Of a stretch of 64,000 nt of DNA, positions 59,716 to 64,000 are shown in pieces. A program made the translations under genes and the position numbers. Location: NCBI RefSeq assembly GCF_009914755.1, contig NC_060948.1. One strand, written 5' to 3'. The notes beneath the pieces were generated by a model. The model saw only the letters and a program-made list of their open reading frames with translations, was not told the DNA's origin and ran no database searches. The first letter of the stretch is position 1, and each line of letters opens with the position of its first letter. This stretch comes from the human T2T-CHM13v2.0 reference genome, Homo sapiens.

Positions 59716-61836
59716 AGATCCATATTTTTTAAATGAAAAAAAATTTCAAAGGTACTCTGCTTGGTACAATAATCAAATGTATAAACTGAGGAATAAAACA
59801 TAACCATGAAACCTACTTATAACTGCATATGGAAAATACAGAGGATAATTTTTTAAATAACATATTTTGAAAGCCTTAACTAGTAATTTGAAGAGTTGGC
59901 ATTTGAAAGGCCAGTATGAATATAACTTCAAAGCAGCAACACAGGTTCCCCATGAGAAAAAGCAAACACAGGGAAAATAAATACACAAAGGTTCAATCTC
60001 TTCTGACCTTTGAAAGACACAGCACAGACAGTGGTCCTTAGGACGAAGAGCAGGAGACCCCTAATTCCGTCACCATGGCGATAGGGCATAAACATTGCTG
60101 GGTGAGGGCACAATCCACATTGTGAGGTCCAACTGCTGCCAGGAAGTCAGGAGTGCTTTTACATAGACCGAAAGGTCATTGAAGGCTCAGAGTTTTGTTT
60201 CAAGAACTGAATCCCAAGCCCACACGTTATTAGGTTGCGCTTCTTAAAACAAGTTATGAGATGGGAAAAAGGGCACCCACAAACATACGTATACATTATG
60301 TATATAATAATATACAGTGTCATATATATAATATATATAACCTATGTATAATATTGTTTTACATCCTGCATCTTCTGTTATATATATTGTATAAAATATA
60401 ATAATTGATAATATATAAGTTTTATAATTATACAATATGACATATAGTATATATTATAATTTATGACATATATAATATATGTTATATATCATATATAGAA
60501 TATATTATACGGTTAATATACGTATTAAATATAAATTATACATTATATATATTATATATAATATATCTGTTATATATAATACCCATTATGCATAATATAT
60601 ATATTATGTCTATGTTATATATAGTATAAAACAACATATAATAATATATAATTGTATATATAAAATGCGACATATAATATATATTATATTTTATAACATA
60701 TGTAATATATATTATATATAATACGTTGTATGTATAATACCTATATTAAATATATATTATATGACTATGTTATTAATTACATGTCACATGTGTTATATAT
60801 TATATATTTTACATAGAATATACCGGTTACATACAATATATACTATGTTACCTATAATGTATAATTTATTACATGTAAAATAAAGAATGCAATATATTAT
60901 GTAAAATTTATAATATACAATATGTGGAATGTGATATATATAACATATAATATATGATATATGATATACAGTATATGATATATAACATACAATATATGAT
61001 TCCTAATATATATGGTATACAATATATATTTTATGATATGTATTCTATATGTTTTATATTCTGTTATATATAACTATTTGAAATTATATATAACTGTATA
61101 ATATTTTATGTAAATATGTAATATAATATATATAACTATATAATATATTATATATAACTATATATTATGTTATATATACTTTTATAACATAATTTACATA
61201 AAATATCATGATATAATATATATTATATTATTTCATATTACATAATATATATTACATATCACCCAATATATCTAACATACATAATATTATAATATAGATT
61301 ATATTATGTTATATTAAATATCATATATATCATGTATCATATATTCTATAATATATATTACACATTATATAATATGTATGTTTTCTATTATGTGATATAT
61401 ATAACTATATATATAATTATATTTTTATACATATAACTAGGTAAACATGTAATTCTACATATTTTCATATATAATATGTAGAATTATATAATCATATATA
61501 ATTATTTATATTCTATAAAAAATTTTATCATTATATAAATTATAATATATAAAAATTATAATATGTACTACAAATATATATATTATATATCATATATGAT
61601 ATAGTACCTTTGTTATATATCATAATACATATAAATGTGTATTATATTATCTATAATTATATAATTTCATATATAAGATGTATAATATGTATCATATATT
61701 ATATAAGTTATGTAATATATATAGTATATATAAGATGACACAGGATAAATATTATATACTATGACATATAAAATATATGAGGTTATATGTTACATATAAG
61801 GCATAGCACATAACATGTAATATATATCATATATAA

Positions 61837-62127
61837 TTTTTTTTTAGACAGAAATTGTCCTGTTGCACAGGGTGGGGTACAATGGCGCCATCTTTGCTCA
61901 CTGCAACTTCTGCCTCACGGGTCCAAGCGATTGTCCTCCCTCAGCCTCCCAGGTAGCTGTGACTACACCACACTGGGACTACACCAGCTGCCACCATGCC
62001 TAGCTAATTTTTTGGATTTTTAGTAGTGACAGCGTTTCACTGTATTGGCCAGGATGGTCTTGATCTCTTCACCTTGTGATCCCCTTGCCTTGGCCTCCAA
62101 ATTTGCTGGGATTACAGGCCTGAGCCA
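61837..62127 (-). mobile_element. DYZ2 Alu, unit 26
   Basis: Copy of the unit-1 Alu; cagaatcttg replaced by cagaaattg (net -1 bp). Confidence 0.92.
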
Positions 62128-64000
62128 AGATCCATATTTTTTAAATGAAAAAAAATTTCAAAGGTACTCTGCTTGGTACAATAATCAAATGTATAAACTG
62201 AGGAATAAAACATAACCATGAAACCTACTTATAACTGCATATGGAAAATACAGAGGATAATTTTTTAAATAACATATTTTGAAAGCCTTAACTAGTAATT
62301 TGAAGAGTTGGCATTTGAAAGGCCAGTATGAATATACCTTCAATGCAGCAACACAGGTTCCCCATGAGAAAAAGCAAACACAGGGAAAATAAAAACACAA
62401 AGGTTCAATCTCTTCTGACCTTTGAAAGACACAGCACAGACAGTGGTCCTTAGGACGAAGAGCAGGAGACCCCTAATTCCGTCACCATGGCGATAGGGCA
62501 TAAACATTGCTGGGTGAGGGCACAATCCACATTGTGAGGTCCAACTGCTGCCAGGAAGACAGGAGTGCTTTTACATAGACCGAAAGGTCATTGAAGGCTC
62601 AGAGTTTTGTTTCAAGAACTGAATCCCAAGCCCACACGTTATTAGGCTGCGCTTCTTAAAACAAGTTATGAGATGGGAAAAAGGGCACCCACAAACATAC
62701 GTATACATTATGTATATAATAATATACAGTATCATATATATAATATATATAACCTATGTATAATATTGTTTTACATCCTGCATCTTATGTTATATATATT
62801 GTAAAAAATATAATAATTGATAATATATAAGTTTTATAATTATACAATATGACATATAGTATATATTATAATTTATGACATATATAATATATGTTATATA
62901 TCATATATAGAATATATTATACGGTTAATATACGTATTAAATATAAATTATACATTATATATATTATATATAATATATCTGTTATATATAATACCCATTA
63001 TGCATAATATATATATTATGTCTATGTTATATATAGTATAAAACAACATATAATAATATATAATTGTATATATAAAATGCGACATATAATATATATTATA
63101 TTTTATAACATATGTAATATATATTATATATAATACGTTGTATGTATAATACCTATATTAAATATATATTATATGACTATGTTATTAATTACATGTCACA
63201 TGTGTTATATATTATATATTTTACATAGAATATACCGGTTACATACAATATATACTATGTTACCTATAATGTATAATTTATTACATGTAAAATAAAGAAT
63301 GCAATATATTATGTATAATTTATAATATACAATATGTGGAATGTGATATATATAACATATAATATATGATATATGATATACAGTATATGATATATAACAT
63401 ACAATATATGATTCCTAATATATATGGTATACAATATATATTTTATGATATGTATTCTATATGTTTTATATTCTGTTATATATAACTATTTGAAATTATA
63501 TATAACTGTATAATATTTTATGTAAATATGTAATATAATATATATAACTATATAATATATTATATATAACTATATATTATGTTATATATACTTTTATAAC
63601 ATAAATTACATAAAATATCATAATATAATATATATTATATTATTTCATATTACATAATGTATATTACATATCACCCAATATATCTAACATACATAATATT
63701 ATAATATAGATTATATTATGTTATATTAAATATCATATATATCATGTATCATATATTCTATAATATATATTACACATTATATAATATGTATGTTGTCTAT
63801 TATGTGATATATATAACTATATATAATTATATTTTTATACATATAACTAGATAAACATGTAATTCTACATATTTTCATTTATAATATGTAGAATTATATA
63901 ATCATATATAATTATTTATATTCTATAAAAAATTTTATCATTATATAAATTATAATATATAAAAATTATAATAGGTACTACAAATATATATATTATATAT

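Overview
The whole 64-kb window is one uninterrupted, head-to-tail tandem array of a ~2.42-kb composite unit: 26 complete copies plus a partial 27th, unit lengths 2412-2422 bp, roughly 99% identical by eye. Each unit has three parts: a ~1.56-kb extremely AT-rich low-complexity block, a ~290-bp slightly 5'-truncated and diverged Alu on the minus strand with a 16-bp internal duplication, and a ~570-bp segment of ordinary composition (HSATI-like). This architecture, and a HaeIII map predicting a ~2.15-kb fragment, match the human DYZ2/HSat1B satellite, most likely from Yq12 heterochromatin. I see no credible protein-coding gene, RNA gene or novel biological system, and all listed ORFs are repeat artefacts. 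The informative signal is in the unit-to-unit variants: a 3-unit-offset duplication, a nascent 4,838-bp dimeric higher-order repeat, staggered single-unit duplications, a left-to-right allele gradient, and a short divergent patch in one Alu that looks like a gene-conversion tract. Unit starts used below (U1-U27): 1, 2421, 4843, 7265, 9685, 12107, 14527, 16947, 19369, 21789, 24211, 26633, 29051, 31473, 33893, 36313, 38731, 41151, 43569, 45989, 48407, 50826, 53247, 55667, 58085, 60504, 62916. Variants were read by eye and should be confirmed by alignment.
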